Part shown: positions 50,811 to 64,000 of the stretch, piece by piece
Layout of the letters: every line of letters starts with the position of its first letter
How positions within the stretch are numbered: position 1 is the first letter of the stretch
Assembly: GCF_009914755.1 (NCBI RefSeq)
Contig: NC_060934.1
Strand: one strand, 5' to 3'
Origin: the human T2T-CHM13v2.0 reference genome, Homo sapiens
DNA length: 64,000 bases
Made by a program: the position numbers and the translations under genes
The notes under the pieces: generated by a model
Database searches by the model: none
What the model saw: the letters and a program-made list of their open reading frames with translations, nothing else
Told to the model about the DNA's origin: nothing

Positions 50811-53451
50811 TGAAGGAGTCAGGAGAGGGGGTGGCTCCAGGAGTTAGAGGCAGCAGTGCTGTTGCCCGGGACACCTTCTCCAAGGGTGTGTGTGTTTGGG
50901 GAGAAGCTGGGAACGCTATTTGTACAGCAGTGCTTCTGTGGGAACGCGTGTTTCCAGTTCCAAAAAGCCAACCAAATGCTCAGAACCTCCCCCTGGGCTG
51001 GTTGGTGTGATTGAGACTGGTCGCTCCAGTCTGCACCTGTCTGCGGTGACGGCCGCCCTTCCCGTCAGCCCCTCCGCGGTCCCGGCCCCAGCCCTGGGTT
51101 GAGGGAAGGCTGGGGAGGAGCAGGGACAGACGGGCAGGCACCAGGACGCTGGCTGCTGCGTGAATGTCACCTGTGGTCACGGCCGACGCCCGGCGGGCCT
51201 GGGCATGGAGTCAGGACCGGAAAGCGAGGCCGGCAGCAGCACCAGCTCCTCAGCAAGGCCCCCGCTGCCGACTGGGCACGGGCACTCCAAGGGGACGCCT
51301 GGCACGTGCCGGGATCCACGCGCGGAACAATTTAGAGAGGCAGCAGCGTGCGCAGCGGGTGAAGTGGCAGAGGACGAGAGACACTGTGGCTTAATGCCTG
51401 AATCCCACGGTTTCTTGGCACAAACAATTCCTAACAAGTGTAGGTGTTTATCCCAGTCACACTGCACACAGCTTCTCATTTTCACCATTAGGGAAAGGTC
51501 AGGTTCTCACACCGATAAGGCACAGGGAGGTTGCGGGAGACCTTGGGTCTCCGGGGATGGTTCCTCCAGCGTCGAGGTTGGCGGCCAACTCCGGGCCCCT
51601 TTCTGAGTGGCAGTGTCTTATCCTCTCAAGTCTGCGTCTCAGCCAGCGGGTTGAGCTGACTGGGGAATCCTCTTTCTACAGTCCCTCGACGGCATCCACC
51701 TGTGTCTGGCTCTCCTGGAGGTCGGCGCGCCTGGCTCGTGACATCGTCCCTCCTTGGAACCCCCCAACGCGGTTGGTCTAATCAAGTTTGGGTGTTCCAG
51801 ACATTTTGGCAGACATCCGAGCTTACAAACTGTGATAACATATCCACATTAAACCCATAAACTACATTACACCCATAAACAGGAAGGACCCGGGGTCTAC
51901 GCCACGTCAGACCTGCCCGCGCGTGATCGCAGGCCGAGAACAACCTTCTACTTCCGTTCCCTCCCCTCCAGTGTCTCAGGGCACCCACCAGCCCCAGCAC
52001 GGTTCTCTCTGATGTGCGGCGCAGCAGCCTGAAGCATGCAGAGGCACGGGGCGGGCGCTGGTCCCACCCCCACGATGTCCTTCGGGGGCGGCTGAGCCCC
52101 GCCGTCACCCACGAGGAGCTCTAGGCGTTGGCGGAGCCTAAGGGAGGCAGGGCCGGCTCTGCATGGGGGCCGCGGAAAGAGGCCACCGCGCTTGTCTCCG
52201 CTGAGGGCCCAGGCGACTCGTCCTGCTCTCCGGAGTCGGCCCTCGGCCTGGCTACGCTCTCCCGCGGACCCCACCAGGGCAACGTCAGCTGGGTCCTCTC
52301 TGAGCTGACCCTCTTTAGAATACACGGGCAGCCTCCTGACATTGCAGGGCAAAGGCTGATAGCAGTCGGCCCTTTCTGACCTGGAAGTGGGACTGACCCG
52401 GCCCGCAGTCCCCCACCCTGTCGTCAGGAGCAGAGGTGCTCACACAGACACACGTCTGTGATGTGGCCGATCTGCCTCTGGAGCTCATGGAAAGCCGGGT
52501 GCCTGGAGCGGGTCTGAGGCTCCTGGCTCTGGGAGTCTGGATGGACTTTAAACTCTTCAGGACTGTGGTCCAAGCACCGCAGCCATGGGTGGCAGAGCTC
52601 ACAGCGAAAACGGACTTAAACTGCTCTGCAGAATTAAGTTTGAATCATTACCTACAAACTCAGAAACGCAGCTGTCACTTGGGCAACTCTGGGTTTCTAG
52701 CAGCTAAAAATCATTTCCACCAAATGATCCGTCAGCCGCGGCGGCTCTGGGCCGGAGGAGGGCTGTTTCCTGCCTCCCTCCCGCCCCACTGGCGTCTAAT
52801 CAGATTACCCAGCATCCTCGGGAAGCTAGCCTGCCCTCAGCCGTTGGGAAAACAATTTATTTGGAAAGAATTTGCTGAGGTCTTGTTACTGCTCAGGGGA
52901 GGTTCCCAGTAGCCCTTTGGCCTTGGGGCCTAGTGGAGATTTTGGCTTCAGGATTGTCTCAATATGGCTGAGCAGGTGTCTGGGCCTCGCTCCCTCTCCC
53001 TCGTACGTCTCTGGCTCAGGCACTTTTATCAGCACCTTTCAACTTTGTCCACCTCAAGCGCAGGAACAGAAGCTGTTGCCCGTGCCCTGTGGGGCTGGTC
53101 CAGGCCTCCCCAGGCACCGGCCAGCACCTGCGTTTCCATGAAAGGTCCCACCGACCACCCACACTCGCAACCCAAGCCTGGCCGGGCCGTCTGCAGCATT
53201 TCTCAGCCAAAATAGAAATCAGGTGACACCAACGTGACCACGGCAAGAGCGAGCTGGAGCGGAGCCTCGGGTAGCCATGACTAACAGACATGGTTCGCAA
53301 ACCCACGCACACCTTCCAAAAACGCCAGGCTGGCCTCACATGACCAGGGGCCTCACCAAGTGCAGTGGGTCCCTGCGTGTCAGGGAGGCTGCCCAGAGCT
53401 GTGGCTGCTCCTGTCTTAGCCTCAACCTGTGCCCGGGGCCCTGTGGATGGA

Positions 53452-53607
53452 TCCGCGTGGGGCGGTGGTGTTCCAAGTCCACGTGGGGCGGTGGTGTTCC
53501 AGGTCCACGTGGGGCGGTGGTGTTCCAGGTCCACGTGGGGCGGTGGTGTTCCAGGTCCACGTGGGGTGGTGGTGTTCCAAGTCCACGTGGGACGGCGGTG
53601 TTCCAGG
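53452..53607. repeat. Minisatellite, 26-bp unit, ~6 copies
   Basis: CCACGTGGGGCGGTGGTGTTCCA(A/G)GT repeated. Confidence 0.93.
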
Positions 53608-53687
53608 CCACAGCGGAAGGAGGTGGGGCCACAGATGACTGTCCTGGGTCTCTGGCTGCTGAGCCTGCATGTGTGACCACTGAGAGG

Positions 53688-54040
53688 AGAGCTCCTGCTC
53701 CTTCCAGCCCCGGGGTCTTCGAGCTCCTGCTCCTTCCAGCCCCAGGGTCTTCAAGCTCCTGCTCCTTCCAGCCCCGGGGTCTTCAAGCTCCTGCTCCTTC
53801 CAGCCCCGGGGTCTTCAAGCTCCTGCTCCTTCCAGCCCCGGGGTCTTCAAGCTCCTGCTCCTTCCAGCCCCGGGGTCTTCTAGCTCCTGCTCCTTCCAGC
53901 CCCGGGGTCTTCGAGCTCCTGCTCCTTCCAGCCCCGGGGTCTTCGAGCTCCTGCTCCTTCCAGCCCCAGGGTCTTTGAGCTCCTGCTCCTTCCAGTCCCG
54001 GGGTCTTCAAGCTCCTGCTCCTTCCAGCCCCGGGGTCTTC
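53688..54040. repeat. Minisatellite, 32-bp unit, 11 copies
   Basis: AGCTCCTGCTCCTTCCAGCCCCGGGGTCTTC(A/G) repeated. Confidence 0.95.
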
Positions 54041-56943
54041 GCTCTCATTGCCAGGATGAAAGTGTGAAAGACGTGACTGGGGTGGGCACCGTTGTCTTTC
54101 CTACTCACAGAAAGGTGGCTCCTCCTGAAGATGCTTGGGCTGACCTGAGCGTACTCCAAACAGGGGCTGAGACGTGAGGACTGGCGATAAAACGCCCCTG
54201 GCTCACAACAACCTCATCTTGCCAGAAACATGCGTTCTCCTCTAGACAGCCAAAACCCAAAGTTTCGCTTTAAACATTTTTCCAAGCAGAGGTTTTCTGG
54301 GGTATGAAACCTCTAGGGGCTGTTTGGTGGTCTCTGGGCTTTGCCGAGGGCCGGGGTGGCACCATTTTGTTGACTTAGGTCGGACGTGGCTGCCTGAGTC
54401 TGCATCGATCCTGCAGCTGGAACAGCATCTGCCCTGGCTGGTTCGGGGCCACTGCCCCCTGAGCGTTCCCGAGAGGTCCCTGAGAGCTCCTGCATTGTCT
54501 CGGGGGTTCAGTGAGCAGTTTGAAGGCAGCATCCTACTTTTACACTGCTTTTGACTTTTTTCCTCCATGAATTGAACACTTACTGTCTCTGAAAACTTGA
54601 AATCGGCTCCTTTGTCTCCAGGAAGCATAAGTCAGTCATGTAAAACTTTGCCCCAAGCTTTCAATCGCTTTTAAATAACAATCGAAATGTCACTGGATCC
54701 GCTCTTGCCGCCCATGAAGCTCTCACTCCTCCCGCCTCGGAACGCAGAGGTCTGTTCCCTCCCATCTCAGAGTCACACACCCGACAACGAAGTCAGCTCT
54801 GGAGATGCTGGCAGGGGCCCCAACCGAGAGTGGCAGCAGCGGGCATTGCAGCAGACTTGATGGCCTGTTGGGCGTCCAGGATTTACGGCCACGTTATTTT
54901 TACCATCTCCTTTTGCCATGAGACCCGGCAGAGCAGTCCCAGAGTAACACTTGGCGGGGCTCGGCTCTGCGGAGATGCGGCCACCGGGCTCCCTCCGCGT
55001 CCCTCGAGGCTGTGGCCACTCCCGCTCCTGCCTGACTTTGGGACCACAGGGTGTCACATCCAATGTCTCATTTCCGTAACATTTGGAAAGGTAACCGGCA
55101 AGACATGAAGACTAAGGTTTTCGAGGTTAGCCCTCCAATCTCCCTAAGGCTCCCTGGAGAGGCTGGACACCCTGTGTTATCTGATCAGCACGAGGGAGTG
55201 AACCTTAAAATGGGGCAGCTCCCATCACGCCAGCTCCCTGCCTTCTGTCCAGCAGTTCCCAGCCCTGTCTGGGGACAGCACTGGCGCCCACACAGAGGAT
55301 GAGGAGGGCTCATCAGAGGTCTTCTCCACACGGCACGAGGTGGCATCCCCGGGCCATGGCTCCCATCTGCAGCAATGCGCCCTGCATCCCTTCACACAGC
55401 AGGTGCATCCCCTCACCTGCAGGTGCACAGCGGCCAGTGGGCTGGGAGGGTCTTCCTCCAGAGTCCTGAAACAGCGGAGATAATGTGGCATTTTGGCATT
55501 TGGGGACACGCTTAATCTTTGGTTTCTGTTTATTTGCCAAGAACCTGTTGCACACCTGTGAAGCCCAGGTCCTGGTGGGGGGAGGATGAGGCAGGGGCCC
55601 CCACTGCCCCCCCTTGCAGGGATGGGCTCAGAGGTGCAGTCGGTGAAGCCTAAGTGAGGGCGGGAGCAAGTGTGGGAGCTGGAGGGATCTGGGGTGACAG
55701 AGCCTTTGCCAAACAAAGAGGGAAGGAGGGCCCTGCCGAGCACGGAGCATGGGGTGTGTAGGTGGGGAGGGTCCCGGGTGGGCCTGGGAGGCCAGCCGAC
55801 CCCCAGGAGAGTGTCAGAGCAGAGGCCAGTGTGGGCAGACGCAGGCCCTGAAGAGAGAGGTGGGTGGAGGACGAGGCCTTGCTTCTGAGTGAGAAGCCAA
55901 AGGGTGGGACCCACAGCTCTCGGGGCAAGAGGAGCCAGGAACAGGGCAGAGCTCGTAGCCTGATGCAGGCTGGGAGCCACACAGGGCAGTAAAATTCCCC
56001 AGTGAGGAGCTGGGATGTGTTCTGCTTGGGAGGCAGGATTTCCTCGACACACGGATGTTAGGCAAAGAAGGGAATGGGGAGCCCAGGACTGCAGCCTCCA
56101 TCTCTCTCCTCAGGGGCAGGTACTCTGTGTGGGTACCCGCTTGGCTCCTCCAGTGGGGCCCCTCAGGTGCCACGGTGATGCCCCGTGGCCCACATCAGCC
56201 GCCTCCTCACAGGAATCCCGCAGCACCAGCCTCCTCTGCACCAGCAAGGCAGGCCCAGGCTCCAGCGGGGGCTTTGCAGAGGACATGTCTACCAGTCCCA
56301 GTCCACAGGGCCAACCCCAGCCCACTCACTGCCCTGCTGGGCCTGCTGCCTGCCGCCTTACAATGTGTTCTGGGGACAAAACTCAATAGTTACCAACAGA
56401 CCCGCATTTCCTGGCAATTCTTGCCTTTAAAATCCTGATGTTACTTTCCAAAAGTAAATGGTTTAAACAGGCTCACAATTATTAATGATTTACTATGCTG
56501 GCTTGGAAAAATCAGCAGGACGTCTCTTGTCCAGCGGCGACACAGAACTAGACACACAAGGCTCTCAGCTGCAGCTGAGTGGGGCCGGGTGAGTCTCTGA
56601 GTGGCCTTGGACCCACTTAGTGCCCACCGCCTTTCTTGCTTGTACTTCTCAAGAACCACTGCAGATTCTTGCTGGGAACGCAGCATCCTGAGAGAGGGGG
56701 GAGCTGACCTGGCAGCCGGGCTCTGTTCCTGTCCCCCGTAGAGCAGGTATGCTGTGGGACCACAGCCAGAGCAGGGTATCCAGAAGCACCGCGGCCCAGG
56801 CAAAGCAGGTGTCCTGCAATACTGAAGCCTGGTGCATGCTGTCCCCTCGGTGTGGACCCAGAGCAGCACCTTCTGGATCCCTCTGCGGCAGTGCAACATG
56901 GGGCACACGCAGACGAGGCCCGTCCTGCCCTGGGCTGCTTTCC

Positions 56944-57332
56944 TGAGCCTGGGGACCAGCTTGCCGCCAACCCTGTGAGCCTGGGGACCAGCTTGCCGCC
57001 AACCCTGTGAGCCTGGGGACCAGCTTGCCGTGGACCCTGTGAGCCTGGGGACCAGCTTGCCGCCGACCCTGTGAGCCTGGGGACCAGCTTGCCGCCGACC
57101 CTGTGAGCCTGGGGGGCCAGCCTGCCGTGAACCCTGTGAGCCTGGGGACCAGCCTGCCATGAACCCTGTGAGCCTGGGGGCCAGCTTGCCATAAACCCTG
57201 TGAGCCTGGGGGGCCAGCCTGCCGTGAACCCTGTGAGCCTGGGGGACCAGCTTGCCGTGAACCCCGTGAGCCTGGGGGACCGGCTTGCCGCCCACCCTAT
57301 GAGCCTGGGGGCCAGCTTGCCTTGAACCCTGG
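56944..57332. repeat. Minisatellite, 32-33-bp unit, ~12 copies
   Basis: TGTGAGCCTGGGG(G)ACCAGC(T/C)TGCC....ACCC repeated. Confidence 0.93.
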
Positions 57333-57934
57333 GCTTCTGTTCTCCCTTGCTGCCTGTCTGGGTAATCAGGTTGCTCCTCCTAACTTGTGTGAGTGCTCTG
57401 CCTCGCCCAGCTCAGGCAAACACTCTGATCCCCACGTGTGTGAGCTGCACGGTGTTTCGAGTCCTCTCCTGAGGTTGGTACCAGTGCACTGTGAGCCCGC
57501 TTCACAGAGCTCACAGACAACAGCTTTGCCTTGAAATCTGAGCTGAACGCATGGCACAGAATGTGGAGCCCGTGACCTCAGCAATCAAGCCGTGAGGGCC
57601 TTGCAGGGAGGCAGCCGGCTCACAGTCCTCGGGTGGCGTCACCTTTGTCATTTGAAAAGTCAGCAACAGGTGCTTTTTTCTTCTTTCATGATCAGTTGAC
57701 CAGTAGTCAGGCTAAGCATGGATCGCAGGACCAGCCTTCCCGAGTTCTCTCTGACGTGGGACTCAGCCCAGATGTGGCCTCCTGGGGAGCTCCTTTCTGC
57801 TCTCCCAGCCCACCCCTAGAAACAAGAATCTCTTTTGTTTGAAGTACTTTCTCCCTTCTGCACTGACCTTTATCTTGGTGTTTGAGGAGTCAGTTACTTG
57901 TGCTGCGCCTGGAGGTTTTGATGCTGGAGAGCAG

Positions 57935-58015
57935 GAGGTGCATCTGTTTCATCTCTGCACCTCAGTGTACCCAGGAGTCAGAGGGGCTCAGTGTGTCTGT
58001 TGAGTGAACAGCAGG
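57935..58015 (+). mobile_element. L2 3' end fragment
   Basis: CTGTTTCATCTCTG...GGGCTCAGTGTGTCTGTTGAGTGAA followed by a (GAAT)n-like tail. Confidence 0.55.
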
Positions 58016-58556
58016 ATGAGTGGATGAATGAATGGATGGACGGGTGGGTGGGTAGATGGATGGGTGGATGGGTTGGTGGATGGATGGGTGGGTGGAGGGG
58101 TGAGTAGATTATTAGGTGGGTGGGTGGCTGGGTGGATGCATGGGTAGATGGATGGATGGGTGGGTAGGTGGATGGGTGGGTGGATGAGTAGATGAGTGGG
58201 TAGGCAGATGGGTGGATGGGTGATTGGGTGGATGGATGGATGGATGAGTGGATGGGTAGGTGGATGGATGGATGGGTGGATGGGTGATTGGGTGGATGGA
58301 TGGATGGGTAGGTGGATGGATGGATGGGTGGGTGGATGGGTAGTTGGATGGATGGGTGGGTGAATGGATGAGTGAGTAGGTAGATGGGTAGATGGGTGGA
58401 TGGGTGGGTGGAGGGATGGGTGGGTGGTTAGATAAATGGGTGGGTGGGTGGATGGGTGGATGGTTGAGTAGATGGGTAGGTGGCTGGATGGGTGAATGGA
58501 TGAATGGATGGATGGGTGGATAGGTGGGTGGATGGGTGGGTAGGTGGGTGGATGGT
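58014..58556. repeat. (GGAT/GGGT)n simple repeat
   Basis: Degenerate tetranucleotide array GGATGGGTGGATGG. Confidence 0.95.
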
Positions 58557-59714
58557 GAAACTCGGGGGCTATTCCCTTGGGATAGGTAGCTCTGGTGAGG
58601 ACAGGGGTGTGGGCAGCAGGGTGGCCATGCTCTAGCTGAGGCCTCTTGGGAGGATAAGACCCCTGTTATCATTCACTCATTTAGGATAGAACATGGCTGC
58701 ATAGAGCACCCCTGGAATTTTGCCCAACCCCTGGGTTCTCTGCCCTCCTTCTAGATGTTGTGAATAATTTGGGAGCTTGGCACTTCCCTGGCAGGGCCAT
58801 CGCCACCTTCAGGGTTGCCCAGTTCACACTGAGTGAGCAGTCCCAGGATCAGGGCAACACAGTTGCCAACGGACCCGTGGGCGTGTGGTGGGAGGCTGAT
58901 CTCCGCTGTGTCCCATCAGAGGGCATCTGCAGAGGGTCCAAGGGCGGCCACAGCCGGCCCAGCTCCACAGGCGCAGTTCCTGGGCCTCATCCCTAAGGGT
59001 GAGGGTCTAGATTGCCCCGAGGAGACTCAGGTTGACCAGGTGCCGGCCAAGCCACGGAGCAGCTGAGCAGCAGTGAACACGTCTCCCTGAGAAGCCAGCA
59101 GCTTGCACCGGGTTTGAGCTGAAGCCCAATTCTCACCGGCCACGTTCCCAGGCTCTGGGTTCGGGGCTGCAGAGCTGCAGGACCGTGCAGTCCTTTTAAG
59201 TGTGAATGTTTTCACCTTCCTGTTTCACCTCGCCAGGGAATGAGGCCATGCCCCCACCCGCTTTCCTCCGACTTCTTTTCAGGGAGCTGATTCAGGGGAG
59301 CCTGGATACCAGAGCCTCGGGGGCCAGGGGGTGCCAAGCCAGAGTTCCCACGAGATGCAGAGGAAAAGGCAGTGCCAGGAGGCGTCCCTGATGAACGGGC
59401 AGCTTAGTTTTGGATCACTGGAGGCTCAGGGCCATAGTGAATAATTCAGCATCCTAAATAAAACATGAGAAAGTTTAGATGAACCAGCATTTTCCATTCT
59501 TTTCTTCAACGAAAACTGCGTGACAATATTGAACCAGGATGTCATCCGAGCGCCACACGGTCCCTTCCTGGGTTCTCTCCCCAAAGGCAGAGGCTGCTCC
59601 TGAGCCTTGGGCCATAGGAATTCAGGGCATCACACTCCCAGAGGGCCGTGAAACAGCTGGACACCTCACCGCATGCCTGGGCTGGAGTGGTGTCACAAGA
59701 ACAGAGATTGTTGC

Positions 59715-60152
59715 AACCCAACAACGTGCCGGGAAACCCAAACCACAGGTTCCCCCGTTCCTCCAGGACACCCAACAACGCGCCAGGAAACCCAAACCAC
59801 AGGTTCCCCCGTTCCTCCAGGACACCCAACAACGCGCCGGGAAACCCAAACCACAGGTTCCCCCGTTCCTCCAGGACACCCAACAACGCGCCGGGAAACC
59901 CAAACCACAGGTTCCCCCGTTCCTCCAGGACACCCAACAACGCGCCGGGAAACCCAAACCACAGGTTCCCCCGTTCCTCCAGGACACCCAACAACGCGCC
60001 GGGAAACCCAAACCACAGGTTCCCCCGTTCCTCCAGGACACCCAACAATGCGCCGGGAAACCCAAACCACAGGTTCCCCCGTTCCTCCAGGACACCCAAC
60101 AACGCGCCGGGAAACCCAAACCACAGGCTCCTCCTGTTCCTCCGGGACACAG
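59715..60152. repeat. Minisatellite, 54-bp unit, ~8 copies
   Basis: CACCCAACAACGCGCCGGGAAACCCAAACCACAGGTTCCCCCGTTCCTCCAGGA; 18-aa ORF periodicity. Confidence 0.96.
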
Positions 60153-62808
60153 GAGGCCACGCCCACCACGGGGGAGGCGCCGGGGTCCCGTGTGCCGGGG
60201 TCTCTCAGTGACACGGGAGCTCCTTGTCCACAAGGGCAGGCACCTCAGAGCCACCTGAGTTTCAGGACGTCCCTGTTCCATTGCAGAACGCATGGGTGGT
60301 CCTCGAGCCCGGCTCTGGCCTGGTCCCACCGAACCCCTGGGTGTCCAAGGGCTCTTCACAGACAGACACACCCTCAACCCACCAGGCGCGGGCAGGTTGG
60401 GAGACGCACAAGAAGCTTTGGAAGCTGGACTTCAATTCGTCTTTTCTCATTCAACACAAAGACGTCACTCATTCGCAGGACGGACTCTGCCTCCCAGGCC
60501 TGGACCCCAGTCACTGGGATTGGACGTTCCAGTTAAAAATACAACTTTAGAAGCACCTCATTTGAGCTGGCCTCGAGAACAACAAAATAGTCTCACACAG
60601 AAACTCCAGGACCACTCGCAGCTAGCACCAGTACATGCGGTTCTCGTCCTCTAACAGCAAAAGGTTTGTTAAAAAAAAAAGAGTCTGCACTTTCCAACAA
60701 AAGCCAAGGACGCCTGTCACTGTGCAACCATCAAAGGGAAGGCGGATGCATCCCTCATTATGCGCTGGCCCTCAGAGTCCGCTCCGTTTTATTTGTGAAC
60801 CACGCATCAAAAGCCCACTGGTTCCTCCGGTGTTGAAGGCAGGAATTCAAGAATGCAGCTCAACGGGCCCGCCCACTGCGGGCCAGGAAGCCGGCTCCGA
60901 GCTGCCTTTGAGGACGCACCTGCCGCTGGCCGAGCTCCGCGGCGCTCTGAGGTCTGATCTCGCAGCAGATGGAAGAGTGGAAGGAACATCGGAAAGACAG
61001 GCGCTGCCTCCTGGGATTGCAGCTGGAGAATGCTCCGTGCCGCGGAGGCCGCGTTGGAGGCCCAGGTGGTTTTTATAATTGATGGTGGATGAGAAGACCG
61101 GGCCGCGGGTGGCATGTAGGCACCTGGCACACACGTCGTCTTTGACCTGCTTTTAAAGCACATTCCCGTGTGTCGTGAACAACGCTGTCCCCGGCGTCTG
61201 CTCATCAAGAGGTGCGAGGTGCTTCTGCCGGTTTCTCCTCCGCTGGGGACGCAGGCCGGGAGTTTGCTGCTCTTTCACTTGTTTAAAGTTTTCGTTGTCC
61301 TTCTTCATCCGGAGCCCGCGTTCTGCTCTCCGTGTGTCTTCCAGCGTGATTAGCGAGCTGTGGGAATGGGGGCAGTTTTTCTTCCAAGCTTCCGCTCCCT
61401 GGGAACTGCAGGAACCCTACAGGCGGCCAGAGATGCAGGAGGCTCTGCTCTTGCAGTGAGGTGGATCCCCAGCCGGGATTGCCATTTAGGGTGAGATGGA
61501 AGAGGGGAGCCGCGCTCCATGTCCCCTCTGAGGGGCCCAGCCACTGGCCGACTTGTCCACCTGGCCGGAGGCACCTGCCCAGCCTTGTTCCTCTCCAGCC
61601 CCGCAGAGCTCAGGCCCAGCATCCCCATAACTGGACAGGGTGATGGGACTCCCAGCAACCACAGGCACTCATCGCCAGAGGGGGACCAGCTCCTTCAGGC
61701 CTCTCCCTGCTGAACGGGGCTGCACTGGGCCGGATCCAGCTCCTTCAGGCCTCTCCCTGCTGGACGGGGCTGCACTGGGCCGATTCCGGCTCCTGTGGGG
61801 CCCCACGAGGCTCCTGGCTCCGGTTCCTGCTGGCTGTCCATCCTCCCGGCCTGGCCACATGTTCCTGCTCCGATTTCTCTGAGCCCAGCTCTTTCTCGCC
61901 CTGGGCCCGTGTCCTGGCTCATCCCCCTGCCAGGAATCAGCCTCCCCCACTCCTGGTATAGGGGTACAGCATGGCCGTTCCCCCACTCCCCAGGGCTCAG
62001 TTCAAGGCCTCTCCCAAGAGAGGCCATCCTGTCTCCCACACTGTGTGCTCACTTGGGTCCCCCAGCAGGAGCTCCGAAGACAGGGGCCAGTCTGACTTGT
62101 CGACGCTGTGGTCCCAGCACCAGCCCGGTCTTTCCATGGAGGCTCCCACAACTGCCTGTCAGATCAATCAGTCGATTGGCCTGGAGCCTGGGGGTAAGGC
62201 AGGGGCATCCCACCTGAGCCGATCAGGGGAGCCGGCACCCAGCCCTTGTAAGGGCTCCATCCTGGGATTTGAGATCTGTCTGTGGGTGCAGGTGGCGGGA
62301 GGCGTGTGGGGTGGTGGGGGTCATTGACCGGCCACCTAGAAAGTAACAGAGGGGCAAGAGCTAGCCGGGGCACGGAGGCCATCACTGGGCACCAGGTGCT
62401 GAGGCACCAGACAGGTGGGGCTCGCCTGCTCCAGAGGCCTGGGCGCAGAGGGCGTCTTTGCCAAACAGCCCAGAGTTTCTATAGTAGCTCCCACCTGAGC
62501 TCACAGCCTCATGGAGCACAGAGGCCGGAGGGCCATGTCACTGGCGTGGGGAGTGGGGAGTGGGGCTGCCTCTGCTGGAGCCCCCCAGGCAGCTCACGCT
62601 GAAGGCCAGCCCAGGAGGGGCCTCTCTGTGATGGACACTGTCCTCTCCCTGCCCCCTTCTCCCTCCTCATGGGAATGTGGCTATCCCGGGGTCACTGTGG
62701 GTCAAGGGAGAAAGTGGACACGGGTGTCCCGGGGAGCAGACACCTGCAGGTGTGCAGAGAGCAGGGCCTGGTCACAGCGCCTCGGTCATGCCAGCCCAGG
62801 GAACCCTC

Positions 62809-63203
62809 TGCTGTGGTGCGACCTCCCAACCTCGTGTTGCAATGTGATCCCCCGTGTTGGAGGTGGGACCTGGTGGGAGTGTGTGGGTCACAGGTGGATC
62901 CCTCAGGAGGGGCTTGGTGCCCTCCCTGGGGCAGTGAGTTCTTGCTCTGAGTTCCCCAGAGAGCGGCCTGTTGAACAGAGCCCAGCACCTCCCTCCCCTC
63001 TCTCTTCCTTTCTCCGTCCCCATGACATGCTGGTTTGCGTTCGCCTTCCACCAAGAGTGGAAGCTTCCTGAGGCCTCACCAGAGGCAGATGCCGGGGCCA
63101 CGCGGCCTGTGAAGCCTGCAGAGCTGTGAGCCAAAGGAAGCTCTTTTTAAATAAATTACCAGCCTCAGGCAGTCCTTTATAGCAACACAGACGGACTAAG
63201 ATC
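62809..63203 (+). mobile_element. MSTB-like MaLR solo LTR with 5-bp TSD
   Basis: TGCTGTGG...GTTGGAGGTGGGACCTGGTGGGAG...AAGCTTCCTGAGGCCTCACCAGA...TTATAGCAACACAGACGGACTAAGA; CCCTC at 62804-62808 and 63204-63208. Confidence 0.88.
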
Positions 63204-64000
63204 CCCTCTCTTCCAAGGGGGTGGGCACCTCCACCCTCCATGCTCCTTGGGCAGCCTGGGGGCCTCGACAGCAGACCCCCACTCAGCTCCTGCATGTCTG
63301 AGACCTGACCCTGTCTGCATGCTCTGTGGCCACCAGGCCTCACGACCAAGGCCCAGGCGTGTGGGGTCAGGCAGCCAGGAGGGCCAGCTCTGCCCAGAGA
63401 TGCGGCCCTGGAGGAGTGGAGGCATTGACAGTGCTGGTCAGGGTCGTGCACCCCCTCTGCAACCCAGCCTTCTCAAGACCACACAGGAAGGCCAGCCGAG
63501 CCACAGGGCGGGGCTGCAAACCCTGACTGAAAACCCACTAGCGTCAGAGTCCTGGGGAGGCGTGAGAGCGAGGCGTGATGAAGGCAGGAGGGGAGGGGAG
63601 GTCCACAGGGCCTGGAGGGAACCCTGCGAGCTGAATGGCTTCCTGGGCCAAGGCCAGCCTGGGAGGAAGATGGAGGCAGCCACTGTGGGGAGAAAATGTA
63701 GCAAAGAGGGTGGCGGGCAGGGCAGGCAGCTCCCCAGCTCCTCAGCCAGCGGCCATCCCCACCCAGAGCCCGTGAGGCTGGAGAGGATCCACCAGAGTCT
63801 CCGATGGGAACGTGGCCGAGCCCTACAGCGGCAGCACCTCTCTCCACAAAACTCTCAGGAAGAGCAGCCGGGGTCCAACCGCAACGCCGAGCTCAGGAAG
63901 GAATGAGAGAAAAACACACCCATGGCAGGGAGGAGAGCCTTGTGGACAGGCCTGGACTGCAAAAGCAGAGCTGGGGAAGCGGCAGAGGCCTGAAGAAGCC

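Overview
Primate (most likely human) genomic DNA, not prokaryotic. It carries AluS elements, a solo HERV-H LTR7Y, MER4/MST/MLT1 LTRs and old L1/L2/MIR relics in a GC-rich background unusually dense in minisatellites, as is typical of a distal/subtelomeric chromosome band. I found no credible protein-coding exon: the long ORFs are by-products of tandem repeats or high GC. The exact locus and gene cannot be named from the sequence alone. Most notable: (i) a roughly 46-bp cluster of consensus E-box, ARE/AP-1 and palindromic CRE sites inside a CpG island at about 42.76-42.81 kb; (ii) an intact solo LTR7Y with its target-site duplication (TSD); (iii) several tandem arrays whose units carry transcription-factor motifs (E-box, E-box plus GC-box, RUNX, ETS, SMAD-like); (iv) a collapsed single-arm Alu with TSDs; (v) a four-layer nested transposon stack; (vi) L1 relics that have become CpG-rich, suggesting GC-biased gene conversion. 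I see no solid evidence for a wholly new biological system. Repeat boundaries and copy numbers were read by eye and are approximate, and subfamily names come from recalled consensus sequences.
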